From the NCBI GenBank assembly GCA_963716725.1, contig CAVQUB010000012.1:32001-96000 (forward strand): 64,000 nt of DNA. Reading direction: 5' to 3'. This document shows, piece by piece, positions 10,184 to 20,755 of the stretch. Position numbers and translations under genes: made by a program. A model generated the notes under the pieces. The model ran no database searches, had not been told where the DNA came from, and saw nothing but the letters and a program-made list of their open reading frames with translations. The DNA comes from an uncultured delta proteobacterium (GTDB taxonomy: Bacteria; Myxococcota_A; Polyangia; Polyangiales; Polyangiaceae). The number at the start of each line of letters is the position of its first letter. The stretch's first letter is position 1.

Positions 10184-10783
10184 TCATTCCGTTGGATTGG
10201 TCTCCACGAACGTCGGCGCGACGAAGAGCTCTTTGCCCGCCTTGCCCACCTTCACGACCTTCCCGCTCAGCTTGATCTCCGAGAGCTTTCCGTCGCCATC
10301 CAAGTCGCCCTGGGCAATGGCGTCGAAGGTCACGTTGACGTTCCCGGAGTTGGCGACGTTCGTGGTCGAGGTCTTGTACCGGTAGATGAAGTACTGCGGG
10401 CTGGTCACCGAGAACCTGAGACACGAGAAGCCTTTGCCTGCGGTCTTGGCGTCGGCGACCCACTCACTCGGGTTCGACTGGTACTTCTTGCCTTTGACCT
10501 TGGCCGCTTGCTGCGGGACCGTCTTCGATGCCGTGACACACAGGCGGTTCAGATCAACCACGCTCGCCTTTGCCTTCAGGACAGTGCCGGCCATGTCGCC
10601 GCGGGCGTAGGCCGCAGCAGCGTCTTTGGCCATGCGGCCCACGTTGGCTCGTGCCTCGGCTGTACGCGCCGACTTGACGTAGGTCCCGACGCCATAGCTC
10701 GCCAGGGCCGCAAGCACGCCCACGATTGCTACGGTGATCATCAGCTCGACCAAAGTGAAACCCTTGCTATTCTCGCGCTTCAT
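10184..10783 (-). CDS. Type IV pilin (prepilin)
   Basis: MKRENSKG|FTLVELMITVAIVGVLAALA class III signal; GDLDGDG near the C-terminus. Confidence 0.92.
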   Translation of the reverse strand: MKRENSKGFTLVELMITVAIVGVLAALASYGVGTYVKSARTAEARANVGRMAKDAAAAYARGDMAGTVLKAKASVVDLNRLCVTASKTVPQQAAKVKGKKYQSNPSEWVADAKTAGKGFSCLRFSVTSPQYFIYRYKTSTTNVANSGNVNVTFDAIAQGDLDGDGKLSEIKLSGKVVKVGKAGKELFVAPTFVETNPTE

Positions 10784-12157
10784 TGTTCCTCCTTTGTGGG
10801 TGCGAGTTGCCCCGCGGCGCACGCCCAGCCCTCTGGCGGAGCGGTTTGGTCGTCACATTCAACGGTCGCGAGTCCGCTCGCTCCTTCGAGTTCGGCCCCG
10901 CTGAAGTCCGTGCCCAGGGCCCGGGCCAGGCTCAGGTTTGCGCCCTTCAAATCGGCGCCCGCCAGATCGGCACGATCGAGCCGAGCTCCCGAAAGATTCG
11001 CCCCGCCAAGCTCGCTGTGCGCCAGCCTGGCGTCGGTTAGATCCGCGCCCTCGAGGTTCGCCCCGGCGAGTCGGCGATCTCCCAGCTCCACGAGCTTTTG
11101 CGCCGCCAACCCACGCCGCGCCGGGTCGGAGTGCCCCAGGTCGCCTCGTGCCCACCACTGAGACGCGCTCTGGATGGGGTTCGTGAGGAACATCGCTATC
11201 GCGATCGAAGCGGCGACGAGGACTCCGGCGAACACCGCGAGTTTCCGCTTCGTCGGCATTTCGACGCCGGGCGCCGCCGCCGCCGGGATCACTGCGTTCC
11301 GAGGCGCCGAGACCGGAGGCGAGCTCAGCCCGGTGAAGTTCTGCTCGACGGCGTTCGGGAGCATGAGGCCGACGTTCTCGAAATCGCCGTAGCGCTCCAG
11401 ATCGGCGACCAGCTCGGCCACGCCCGAGTATCTCAGCAGCGGCTCGACGCAGGTGGCACGCCTCACGATCCTGGAGAGTCCCGCTGGCGCGCGGGCGAGG
11501 CAGTCGAGGCGCGGAATGCGGTCGCCTTCGATGGGTGGCTCGGCCCCGAGCACCAAGAATGCGAGAACCCTGCCGAGCGAGTACACGTCCGAGCGCACAT
11601 CGGCCGGCGCGCCGTCGAACACCTCGGGCGCTGCGTAGATGCGCGAGTGACGCGGGCCGACCGGTCGTCCGCCGACGTCGAGCAGACACGGACTCAGATC
11701 GTCTGCCAGACCCACGATTTCCTGGACAAAGATCCCCATGAAATCGCCCCCTTTCGTGAAGCGCGGACAGCGTCTCGCAAATGGCCCCCAGAAGCTCGAG
11801 CCTGCGATCGAGCTTCATTCCCAGCGCCGGTGAATCCCTAAGGGTGCCGACGAGCGAGCCCGTGACGAGGTAGCCGCGGCGGGTGTTGAGCTCCCGAAGC
11901 TGCACCACTCCCGGGACGCCCGCGGCGCTGGTCAGGCCCTCCGCCACGGCGGCTAGGTCCCCGAGTTCGTCCGGCGTGGGCTCCGCCGCGAACGTGGTCA
12001 CCGAGACTGTTTGGTCATCGGATGTCACGGCGGACCAGATTTCGCGACCTCGAACCGTGGCGATCAACTCCTGCCGGGAAACGCCGCGGGGCCACGGCTG
12101 CTCGGCGCCGAGACCCACAAGGGGAAGCAAGTCCGTCGGATTGGAGTGGGTGTTCAT
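10780..12157 (-). pseudogene. Kinase-like domain + TM + pentapeptide repeats, frameshifted near 11716
   Basis: One frame gives LHERGRFHGDLCPGN; the other continues VGLADDL..YAAPEV..DVRSDVYSLG, a TM helix and A(D/N)LxG repeats. Confidence 0.75.
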
Positions 12158-12597
12158 AGGGCAAACATAGCCTGGCACAGTCAAACGGACGCAAAGACGC
12201 GACCTTTAACGGCTTCGGAGTGGGAGACCCGCCTACCTTCAGCTCCAACGGACAGTGCCTTACCAGCGAGAGAACTCGTGTCCATCTCGCCAGTTTCGTT
12301 GGGTGACGCCTTTATCGCGGGAGCACGCACCATCCGTTACGCAGGGGTTGCCGGATGTGCCACACCTCGGGCTCGAGGGCGGACGCAGCCGCCCACCCAT
12401 CGGGCGCAACACGTTGGATACGGCGCGCCTCGAATAGGCGCTGGCCATCGCGTTCTCCGACCCAGTGTCCTTCGATCACGAACTGCCGGCCGATGTCCAC
12501 TTCCGTCAGTCCGAGCTCTTCAGTTGCGTAAAAGACGCTGATGTCCGGGGCGCCGGCCGGCCGCTCACGCGTCCCGAACACTGGATACGGCGGCCTT

Positions 12598-13252
12598 GGT
12601 GTTGCCGGCGCGCACACTCCGGTGTCGTGACTCGACACCACCGCGGCCCTTTCCCTGGCGTTTGGGCGACGGCCCGATGGCTCACACATGCAAGTGGCGC
12701 TGCATGTCCTCGTCTCGGGTCGGAACCGTCCGCGCTGCGGTGGTCCTCGCCATGTCTCCGGTCGCGGCGCTGCTCGCTTGCGACGTGGGAGACCTGGACT
12801 TCCAGTTGTTCAGTGGCGCTGACGGGGGCTCGGGTGACTCCGGGTGGTTCGAGGGGGAGTGCAAGACCGACCAGCACTGCGAGGCGGGGCAGTGCTGCGT
12901 GCACTTTCTCGGTGGGTGGTGCGAAGACTTGGTCTGGACCAGTTCGACGCAGCCGATCTGTTTCAACTCTGGGGACGATCACGACGGGCTTTGCGCCTGT
13001 TTTCCGCCCCAGGCCGAGCCGATGTGCCCACCGGCGATACTCGAGCCCCCGGTGACGCCCGAGTGCGAGCCCCGCCCCTACGTGAAGTGCGCGATGCTCT
13101 GCCCCCAGCAGGTCTGCGCGTGTTCCACGCAAGAGCTGGATCTGTCTGACGTTGGAGTCGAAGTGCCGAGCTGTCCCCCGCCGGACTGGGCGATTCCGTG
13201 CCCAAGCGCAGACGGCGGAGTCGCCGATTGACGAGGTGCTTCGCGCGAGCCC
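12598..13252 (+). repeat. Direct repeat, copy 1 (copy 2 at 34745-35401)
   Basis: Near-identical segments of about 655 bp carrying the same lipoprotein gene. Confidence 0.95.
12704..13231 (+). CDS. Cys-rich putative lipoprotein, copy 1
   Basis: VAALLAC lipobox; many Cys; paralog at 34853-35380. Confidence 0.75.
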   Translation: MSSSRVGTVRAAVVLAMSPVAALLACDVGDLDFQLFSGADGGSGDSGWFEGECKTDQHCEAGQCCVHFLGGWCEDLVWTSSTQPICFNSGDDHDGLCACFPPQAEPMCPPAILEPPVTPECEPRPYVKCAMLCPQQVCACSTQELDLSDVGVEVPSCPPPDWAIPCPSADGGVAD

Positions 13253-13423
13253 TCAGCTTCGCCGCCGTGATCCCGGCGAGCTGGACGGGGGCCACGCTGC
13301 GCTTTCGCGACCACGCGAGCTGGGAGACCAACAACGACGGCGCGCTTCGCGAAATCTGGGTCAACTCGAAGCCGGCCTCGGCGTCTCGTGGTCGTGCCGG
13401 CGCCAATCGGGGGCTGCGCCCAC

Positions 13424-15610
13424 TCAACTGTCGCCGGCGGCTCTGAGGTCCCTCGCGACGTCGATCAGTCGAGCGAGCTCCCGACGCTCCGGCTTCGATT
13501 GCTCCGCGGCTCGACTGATCTCAGCGATGCGGTCGAGGGACCACGCCACGGCTCGAGGGCTGCCTCGGAGCACCTCCCCGAATGCAGCGACCGAGACCGC
13601 GAAGCGAAGATCCGACCCGGCGACCTCGAACACCTCGCCGATCTGGTCGGGCTGCATTTGAAAGACGGCTTCGCTCGCGGGAGCGCTCAGACTGCCATGC
13701 GCGGGCCGGTATCGGATCGACAGCGTGGCGGGTGGCAAATCCGTACGCCTGAGCACGACCTCGTACAGCGCCGTGACCGCGTGCCCCGCGCCGACTTCGC
13801 CGCCGTCCAGGCTGTCCTTGCGGAAGTCCCCGTCGGCAACGTCCCGATTTTCGTAACCGATCAGGCGATACTCGGCGACCGCTCGGGGGTCCATCGCGAC
13901 CTGCAACTTCACGTCGCGCGCGACCACGGAGAGCAGTCCGCTCATGCCTGCTCCAAAGACCCGGCGCACGTCGTCCTCGCTGCCGACGTAGGAGTAGTTC
14001 CCGTCGCCCGCGTCGGCGAGGCGTTCCATGGTCGAGTCGCGGTAGGAGCCGCGCCCGAATCCGACCGTCGACAGCGTGATGCCAAGCTCCCTCTTGGCCT
14101 CGATCAACTCCAGAATGGCATCGGGGTCCCGCGCGCCGAGGTTTGCGTCACCGTCCGAGAGCACGACCACGCGGCTCTCGTGACCCCGCTTCAGTGTGCG
14201 CGCTGCGAGTCCGTACGCGAGGTCGATGCCGCTCGCCATGGCCGTCCCGCCCACGGCCGAAAGCCCGTCGATGGCGGCCAGAATTCTTGACCGCTGCTCG
14301 GCCGGCGTGGGCGGCAGAACTTCGCGCACGTCGCCGGCATAGGTGCACAGAGCCACCGTGTCCCCGAGCCGCAGGCTCTCGCTGAGCAACCGCAAGCTCG
14401 CCTGGGCCAGGGGCAGGCGGTCGGGAGCGCGCATCGAACCGCTCGTGTCCACCAGATAGGTCAGGTGCAGCGGCGGTCGAAGAGCGATCTCGACGCGACG
14501 AGCCTGCACGGCGACGCGCAGGAAGTGACGCCCCGGATCGAAGGGGGATGGCACCGCGTCCAAGTGGACGCGAAACGGCGCGTCGCCGGGCTCGGACTCC
14601 GGACCCGGATACGCGTAGTCGAAGGCGTTCAGCATCTCTTCTACGCGCACTGCCGTCAGGGGAGGCAACTCTCCCCCCTCGAGCCGGCGCTTCACGACGT
14701 AATACGAGCCCGTGTCGACATCGGCAGCGAAGGTCGAGAGCGGATCCTGGGCGGGATCGAGGGCGGGATTGATGCCGTAATCGGCGAAGTCATCGGCCCC
14801 GGCTGCGGCTTCGGCGTTGCCGCCGACGTCGTCGTCCTGCTCAGCCGCGCCGCCCGCGGAGCCCAGCGCGAGCCCCCCGATGCTGCCGGCGTACGCCGCG
14901 GTCGACGGTCCAATCATCCCGAACTCCGCCGGCGCAGCCTCCGTCGCTCGCGCCGCGCCCGCTGCGCTCGGGCTCGCGAACCCGCGCACCCCGCGCCGAC
15001 CGCTCTTGGTCTTGCCGCGACGCACTCCGAGTCGCAGGCGCCCCGGTGCTCCGGCGCGCCCCTGCCCCGCCACCGGCTCGCGCTCCGCGTGCGCCGACAG
15101 GTAATGCTTCATCAGCTCGATCTGCTCGCGCTCTTCTTCCTGCGTCTGCCCCGGGACGTGCAGCGCTGCCGCCGCGCCGAGGGTGCTACCGCACACGAGC
15201 GCCGCGCCGAGCGCGTAGCCGCCGCCTGACGAACTCAGATGGAATCTTCGCAGGGGTGATCGCACGGCGACCTCCGCCTCGACGTCGACGCTGAAGTCTC
15301 CGAAGCTCTGGGCGAAGCGCTGGCCCAGTTGGAGCGGAAAGACCCCGAGTGACTCGTCTTCGGGGTCTACCTCGAGCGGTGCCAGGCACGCCCTCCCGTC
15401 GCGCGGCACCGCGATCAACGCCCGGCCGCCCCGCACGCGCACGATGGGCAAGTCCGCTCGCCCCAACACCTCGCTGGGCATGACGAAGTCGGCATCGTTC
15501 TCGCCGAGCACGTAGTCCCGAGGGGGCGCGAGTACGACGTCGTGCACGACGTCACCGAGCCACCACACCCGAAGCCGGAGGGAGAGGGTCACGGGCGAAT
15601 TCGACAGCCT
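13424..15610 (-). CDS. VWA-domain (YfbK-like) membrane protein; start uncertain
   Basis: STFAADVDTGSY, VRVEEMLNAFDY, MIDAS DTSGS, SDGDAN, YRLIGYENR. Confidence 0.85.
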   Translation of the reverse strand, partial: RLSNSPVTLSLRLRVWWLGDVVHDVVLAPPRDYVLGENDADFVMPSEVLGRADLPIVRVRGGRALIAVPRDGRACLAPLEVDPEDESLGVFPLQLGQRFAQSFGDFSVDVEAEVAVRSPLRRFHLSSSGGGYALGAALVCGSTLGAAAALHVPGQTQEEEREQIELMKHYLSAHAEREPVAGQGRAGAPGRLRLGVRRGKTKSGRRGVRGFASPSAAGAARATEAAPAEFGMIGPSTAAYAGSIGGLALGSAGGAAEQDDDVGGNAEAAAGADDFADYGINPALDPAQDPLSTFAADVDTGSYYVVKRRLEGGELPPLTAVRVEEMLNAFDYAYPGPESEPGDAPFRVHLDAVPSPFDPGRHFLRVAVQARRVEIALRPPLHLTYLVDTSGSMRAPDRLPLAQASLRLLSESLRLGDTVALCTYAGDVREVLPPTPAEQRSRILAAIDGLSAVGGTAMASGIDLAYGLAARTLKRGHESRVVVLSDGDANLGARDPDAILELIEAKRELGITLSTVGFGRGSYRDSTMERLADAGDGNYSYVGSEDDVRRVFGAGMSGLLSVVARDVKLQVAMDPRAVAEYRLIGYENRDVADGDFRKDSLDGGEVGAGHAVTALYEVVLRRTDLPPATLSIRYRPAHGSLSAPASEAVFQMQPDQIGEVFEVAGSDLRFAVSVAAFGEVLRGSPRAVAWSLDRIAEISRAAEQSKPERRELARLIDVARDLRAAGDS

Positions 15611-16049
15611 CGCCCGCGCCGAGTTCCACTCGGGTCGCGCGCTCTGGGTCAGTGGGAGGGAGAAACGGACCTGCCCCTCAAAATGACGCAGCCCAATCTT
15701 GTTGCCCTTTCGGGGCTGCCGCTGCTTTTCGCCGCGATTATCGCCTTGGCCCTTCGAGCACAGGGACGCCCGGCGTGGACGCCGGTGCCGGTGCCGGGTC
15801 AGTGCTGCCGGATGGCGGCGTGGACGAGATCGCAGCGTGGCGCGAAGCGAGCCGGCTGGCGCGTGGCCCGCATGCCCCAAGCGTGCAACGCGAACGCCCT
15901 GGGCCACCTTTCTCAGAGCGCACTGGGGAGCCGCTCCGAGCGATGGATCCGAAGCTCTGACCAGCCTGATTGTCGGAGAATGGACCGCCGCAGGGCAACC
16001 TCTGCAAACGCTCCTCGTTCGAACACGGCCGACGGCGCCCGCGCCTCCC

Positions 16050-16310
16050 TCACCGCCCGCCGACTTTCGCCACACACTCGCCACCTAATCGGAGGGTGGA
16101 CGACGCGGTTCTGCCGTTCGGAGTGGTCGCTACAGCGTCATGGGTGACCAGGATCCGATCTTCCGCCGCTGCCCAATCGAGCACAGCACCGTCAGGCTCG
16201 GAGCGGAGACCGCAATCCTGAACGCGCACGAAATCGATCTCCGGCAAGCGCCGGCGCACGCCGCGCACAATCAGGTTGTTGAAATCCTCGTCGGCGGCCA
16301 GCCGAATCAT
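16050..16310 (-). pseudogene. DUF5615 PIN-like toxin, 3' truncated
   Basis: MIRLAADEDFN..RVQDCGL..DGAVLDWAAAEDRILVTHD, then similarity is lost. Confidence 0.75.
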
Positions 16311-16639
16311 CCGGAGGACCCGGCCCGCCGAGCGATCAACCGGGCGCGAAGTCCTACCTGCGGAAATCGCGCCTCGATCTCCGCCTTGACCGCGTCTCCC
16401 GCTCGGCGGCGCCCGGCTACGTATTCGTCTACCTCGACCCGGTGCGCGAGCACGTACGCGAGCGTCGCGTAGACCGCCGTGAGCTCGAGCGCTGGGTAAC
16501 TGTCCACGATCTCCTCAGCCGACGCTCCGCGATCGAACACGATCACGATGGACTCCAAGGCGACCCTCGTGCCGCCAACACGGATCACTCCCTGCTCATC
16601 GAACGAGAGAGGAGGGGGCCGTGCATCAAACGCGAGCAT
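16307..16639 (-). CDS. DUF433 antitoxin
   Basis: IRVGGTRVALESIV..GASAEEIVDSYPAL..VYATLAY; overlaps the toxin start (ATGA). Confidence 0.88.
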   Translation of the reverse strand: MLAFDARPPPLSFDEQGVIRVGGTRVALESIVIVFDRGASAEEIVDSYPALELTAVYATLAYVLAHRVEVDEYVAGRRRAGDAVKAEIEARFPQVGLRARLIARRAGSSG

Positions 16640-16926
16640 GGCCCGAGAATAGCCCGTCGAGAGGCTCTCCGCCGGAGCAGCACACCTTGTCGCTGACCGT
16701 GGCGGGCACGCTTTGCGTGTCGCGTGACTTGGCTTCCGCGCTCATCCGAACGGGCGTCATGTCCAAGCCGCCTGTCTGTAGTCGTGATGTAGTCCAATCA
16801 GAACGGGGCTCGCGACAACCGCGCCGCGTCCCGCCGCAGCCGATGACCGCCCGATCGGAATGAGCTGCCCATCCCCTGATGAGTTCGCCCGCGATCGAAA
16901 TACCGGCAACACTCGCTCAGCAGTTC

Positions 16927-17222
16927 GAGCAGACTTGGAGTCACGACGCCGCTGGGTCGAGTATTCCAAGGCCAAGGACGAAATGTTCGCCCACACCGAC
17001 ATTAAGGCATCCCCCTGGTACGTGGTGACTGCGGACAGCAAGAAGCACGCGCGCCTCAACTGCATTACCCATATGTTGAGCTTGATTCCGTATGATGACT
17101 CGACGCCCGAACCCGTCGAGCTCGAACCGCGACCCAAGGCCAAGTCCGACGCGGTCTAGAAAGAGATGGGCTACGTGCGCCCGCCCATGGCGGAGCAGAC
17201 CTTCATTCCCGAGAAGTTCTGA
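16927..17222 (+). pseudogene. ppk2: Polyphosphate kinase 2, C-terminal fragment with internal TAG
   Basis: DLESRRRWVEYSKAKDEMFAHTD..PWYVV..KKHARLNCI..*KEMGYVRPP. Confidence 0.8.
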
Positions 17223-17274
17223 GTCACCGCCCGCCTCGCCGCGCTGAGCCCCCCACCGCCGCTTCGCGCCGCGC

Positions 17275-17826
17275 CTATTCGTTGGCCGCGCACCATTCAT
17301 AGAGGTCCGCCTGCAACGCTTGGATTTCCTTGTCGTTTGTCTTCAGGCGCTCGACGACATCCGGGGGGAGCTTTGCCACCGGTTCAGCATTGCCTAGCAG
17401 CCCACGCACGCCCTCCGCCGCAGCTTCCGCGAGCACCTTCTTGCGCTCGTCTGCGGGGTCTGCAGAGCCCGCGGCTCCGGGGCTGGGTGCCGACGCCGCG
17501 GGTGAAGGTGGCTCCTGCTTGGGTTCGACGAACTGGGCACTTTCGAGGATGCGCTTTCGGTCGGAAAGCTTGGTCGACAATTCGGCCCCGTGCTTTCGCA
17601 CCTGTTCGGTCTGGATTGACTTTGCGGCGTCCTCCCATTGGCTGAGCGCCGCCGTCAGGCCGGCAGCTTCCGCCTTGCGCCCCTCTTCATTCGTAGCGTG
17701 ACTGGCCCCCGCTGGACGGAACGCAACGACAAACGCCTTGCAGTCCCTGGCCGTATGCTTGTTGCAGGCGGGAAACACGACCGAGCAGACGAGGATAACG
17801 GCGGCCAAGACCTTCATGCTTCGCAC
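17275..17826 (-). CDS. Hypothetical lipoprotein
   Basis: Signal peptide ending VVFPAC. Confidence 0.6.
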   Translation of the reverse strand: MRSMKVLAAVILVCSVVFPACNKHTARDCKAFVVAFRPAGASHATNEEGRKAEAAGLTAALSQWEDAAKSIQTEQVRKHGAELSTKLSDRKRILESAQFVEPKQEPPSPAASAPSPGAAGSADPADERKKVLAEAAAEGVRGLLGNAEPVAKLPPDVVERLKTNDKEIQALQADLYEWCAANE

Positions 17827-18005
17827 GTTATCATTGCGCTTCTGTCAGAATCGCATCTTTCAGCTTGTCACTACACGGGGCCACCCATTGCGACAGCGCA
17901 ACCCGCCGCGCCTGGGCCTCGGCCCGCAGCGGCTTGAAGCCCGCTTCCACCAGCAGCCGACGAACCAGGCTCACGACCGCAACCCGCGGTCAGCTTGGCA
18001 GTGGC

Positions 18006-18870
18006 TCAGGGCGGGGCGATGCTCATCGGCACTTCGACCGCTGCCGCCATGGTGGTGCCGAGCAACACGCCGCCAGCGAAGTACGTGCCCGAGTCCGACT
18101 CCGGCAGAATATCGTAGGTGGCGTCGTGAGCGTAGGGCACGACGCTGACGCGAGCGATGCGCACTCCACCCAGGAACGAATCGGCCACCAGATCTCCGAA
18201 CAGGCGACCGTCCGCGGTGGGGTGCGGCGCGCTAATGCGCAGCATGATTCCCGTTTCGAGTTCGACTTGGACGACCTGGTGCGCGTGGGCGGTGATGCGC
18301 TGGGCGCGCCGCAGGGGCACGGCTACGCGCTGGCCGCGATGCATGCTGAAAACGAGATCGCCGGCACGCAAGCTGGCGATGGGCTTCGGTCCGGTGGGCG
18401 TCGCGATCGGCGTGTCGGGCGATGCGCACGCGCACTCTGGACAGCCCAGGGGGCATGTTCCATTCACTGGCGCGACGCAACTGGTGATGCTGGGCCCCTG
18501 ATTGACGGTGCAGCACAGCTCGCCCGCTTGCAGATTGACCCCATGCAACATGCCGCGCCCGCGGGGGGTGGGGGCTGGACGCCTGCAGGGCGCCTTGTCG
18601 CAAGCGCTGCCGTTGCAGAACGGATTGGGTCCGGCGCACGCGCTACCGCAGGAGCCGTAGTTAGGATGTCGTTGGCGGTATTGACGCACACACTGTTGCA
18701 GCAGGTAAAGCCGCCGCCGCAAGCCGCCCCCGGCCCGCACTTCGTTGGCCCGCCTCCGCTGCCGCCAGTTCCGCCGGAGCTTGACGTGCAGGACCACAAG
18801 CCGCTTGGCGTGCAGTTGCAGCCGCGCGCGATGGCCGAGAGTCGAGAGTTTGAAGCGTGGCGCACGGCTC
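18006..18870 (-). pseudogene. Cys-rich protein with C-terminal Hint domain; upstream part frameshifted
   Basis: CASPDTPIATPTG..IASLRAGDLVFS..ISAPHPTADG..TYDI..TYFAGGVLLGT; upstream Cys-rich segments fall in different frames. Confidence 0.75.
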
Positions 18871-19377
18871 ATGCTGATGCGGGATGCGATGCGCCGTCCG
18901 GGCCGACCGACCCGCGCTGGCGCGCAGTTCGCGGGTAGGCCGAAGCGGATCTGCACCACCGGCTCATCGCGCTTCCGTACATCGACATGCCGCGGAGCGA
19001 AGCGCACGTGCGAGGAGTGCGCGACCATGCACGATCGCTTCGACGACTCAATCGCAGCCGCAGAAAACTGGGTTTCGGTCGCGCCATCAGCGTCGTCTGA
19101 CTGCGCCGCGCTATCGTCGCCCCGCTGTTCTCGCCCGCCCACTCCGGATATATTTCAGCGCTCACGAGCCGCCGCACATCCATTTGAGTACCAAGGTCAC
19201 GAGGCCTTCGTGGCATCGCAGCAGGTGAGGTGCTCGAGGGGTCGCCTGCCAAGGCGGCAATCTCAGTTGCCGAAAGTCTGCGCTCCTCATCGCCCAGCAT
19301 TTCGTCGCGTAAACGCCTCACTTTACGCAAAGGCTCCGCCGGCGGCTGGGTCTGGTCCCGTGGCGTGGGTTCTTCCT

Positions 19378-19475
19378 CCCTCACCGCACCCGACGCGCTT
19401 CGTGACGATCCTTGAAAGTGCCCGGAGGGGCATCCCCGGCGGGGGGAACCCAAGTCCCCGGTCCCCGATCGTCGC
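19378..19475 (-). repeat. Copy of the extreme 3' end of the L,D-transpeptidase gene carrying a 54-bp nested insertion
   Basis: Matches 38944-38987 except for the insertion at 19392-19445. Confidence 0.9.
19392..19445 (+). repeat. Two nested 27-bp micro-elements (type A at 19407-19433 inside a type B)
   Basis: GACGCGCTTCGTGAC[GATCCTTGAAAGTGCCCGGAGGGGCAT]CCCCGGCGGGGG; absent from the homologous sites at 35409 and 38946. Confidence 0.88.
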
Positions 19476-19583
19476 GTGGCGCTTTGCTCAGACCGGAGCG
19501 CGCGTGGCGCATGCCCGCGCGCACGCGGCGGGGCGCATGCCCGCGCGCACGCGGCGGGGCGCACGCGGCGGGGGGAGACGCGC
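19476..19583 (+). repeat. Dispersed GC-rich repeat with internal tandem expansion (other copy 34634-34702)
   Basis: GTGGCGCTTTGCTCAGACCGGAGCGCG...GGGGAGACGCGC in both places. Confidence 0.85.
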
Positions 19584-19673
19584 CGGTTCAGGACGCGAGG
19601 CCCCCGAGCTGACTCCCCGAGCCCGAGCCTTCGCCTTCGACGTTCCCACCCGGAGGGAGTAAACTTCCCGGTG

Positions 19674-19919
19674 ATGCACGCCCTGAAAGCCCAGGTGAAG
19701 AACGGCAGGCTTGTTCTCGATGAACCAACGGACCTGCCGGAGGGCGAGATCGTCGAGTTGATCGCCGTCGATGAGGTACTGGCGAAGGGCGGGGACTACC
19801 TCGATGACGAGGAACGGGAACGGCTCCATGCGGCCCTGGAGCGCTCGATCGAGCAGGCCCAGGATGGCAAACTGATCGACGCCAGCGTCGTGATGGCCAA
19901 GCTCCGAGCGATCCCTTGA
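19674..19919 (+). CDS. Putative antitoxin
   Basis: MHALKAQVKNGRLVLDEPTDLPEG..LDDEERERLHAAL; overlaps a RelE/ParE-like ORF. Confidence 0.75.
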   Translation: MHALKAQVKNGRLVLDEPTDLPEGEIVELIAVDEVLAKGGDYLDDEERERLHAALERSIEQAQDGKLIDASVVMAKLRAIP

Positions 19920-20090
19920 AGCTGACCGTTCGGTTTACTCCGGAGGCCGAGAGTCGGGCGATTGCCGTTGCGACCTGGTGGAGGGTGAACGGCATCGTCC
20001 GTGACCTGTTCGACCGAGAGCTTGCGGAGGCTCAGGAGAAAGTGATCGCCGAGCCGCTCCTCGGCGTGGTCTACCGGACGGCAAGGGGAG
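19916..20090 (+). pseudogene. RelE/ParE-like toxin, 3' truncated
   Basis: MKLTVRFTPEAE..WWRVN..LFDRELAEA..PLLG, then repeat-derived sequence. Confidence 0.7.
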
Positions 20091-20395
20091 CCCCGGTCCC
20101 CGATCGTCGCCGCTGCGCACCGAGCGCCACGTATCGGGCACGCGCAGCTCGGCTTCGCCCGAACGGGGAAGACGGGCTGCGCCGAGAGAGCGCGGGCGCC
20201 TTGGGTGGCGATCGCCACCTGACTTCGCCACTTCGCCGCCTGTCGGCGAACGAATCCTCCGGGACTCTGCGGCTCTGCCGCGCGGCACGGGACTCGCTCA
20301 TGCACGCATGGCGTGGGCCACGCCGCACACGCCTTCCCCCAGCCTGAGCGCTCGCGCTTTCGCCATCGACCGGAGAGCACCGTGCTCTACCAGAC
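20091..20395 (+). mobile_element. Deleted copy of the LDT tail + IS91-like 5' region
   Basis: 20091-20120 matches the LDT tail; 20146-20395 aligns to 22160-22485. Confidence 0.85.
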
Positions 20396-20755
20396 TCGGG
20401 AGTCGCGGCGCCGCCACTGGTCGTGTCGTAGCCCGGACCCGCCGTGGCTTTGACCACGTTGGGCTCGGGCTGCTAGGGGTGCCCCAACCCGCGCGTCCTC
20501 GGCATGCGCGGTTGGTCGTGCATGAGACACGAAGCGTCGTGGCCTGCGGCCGCGCGACCTTCCCCAAACGCCGCGTGTGGCGCAAACGCGAGCTGGCTTC
20601 GGAGATGGCGTGCGGCGGCGGCAGGGTGAGCTGAGAACGGCGGCGAGTGGCGGCCGCCGCCGGCGGCCCGCGGTTTCGCCACTCACCGAGGCCTGTAACT
20701 TGCGGCATTTTGGCCGAGAGCACGCTCGGCACGCGGCGTGCGCTTGGGCGCGCCG

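Noticed and set aside
12312..12597. Possible coding fragment on the minus strand (also 13253-13400 on plus, 19170-19330 on minus)
   Set aside because: Looks protein-like but no recognisable family or start; cannot be supported
17131..17159. Degenerate 27-bp element or amber readthrough in the ppk2 fragment
   Set aside because: GACCCAAGGCCAAGTCCGACGCGGTCT resembles type A but has no good stem and no empty site; the gene is a fragment, so the TAG is probably decay
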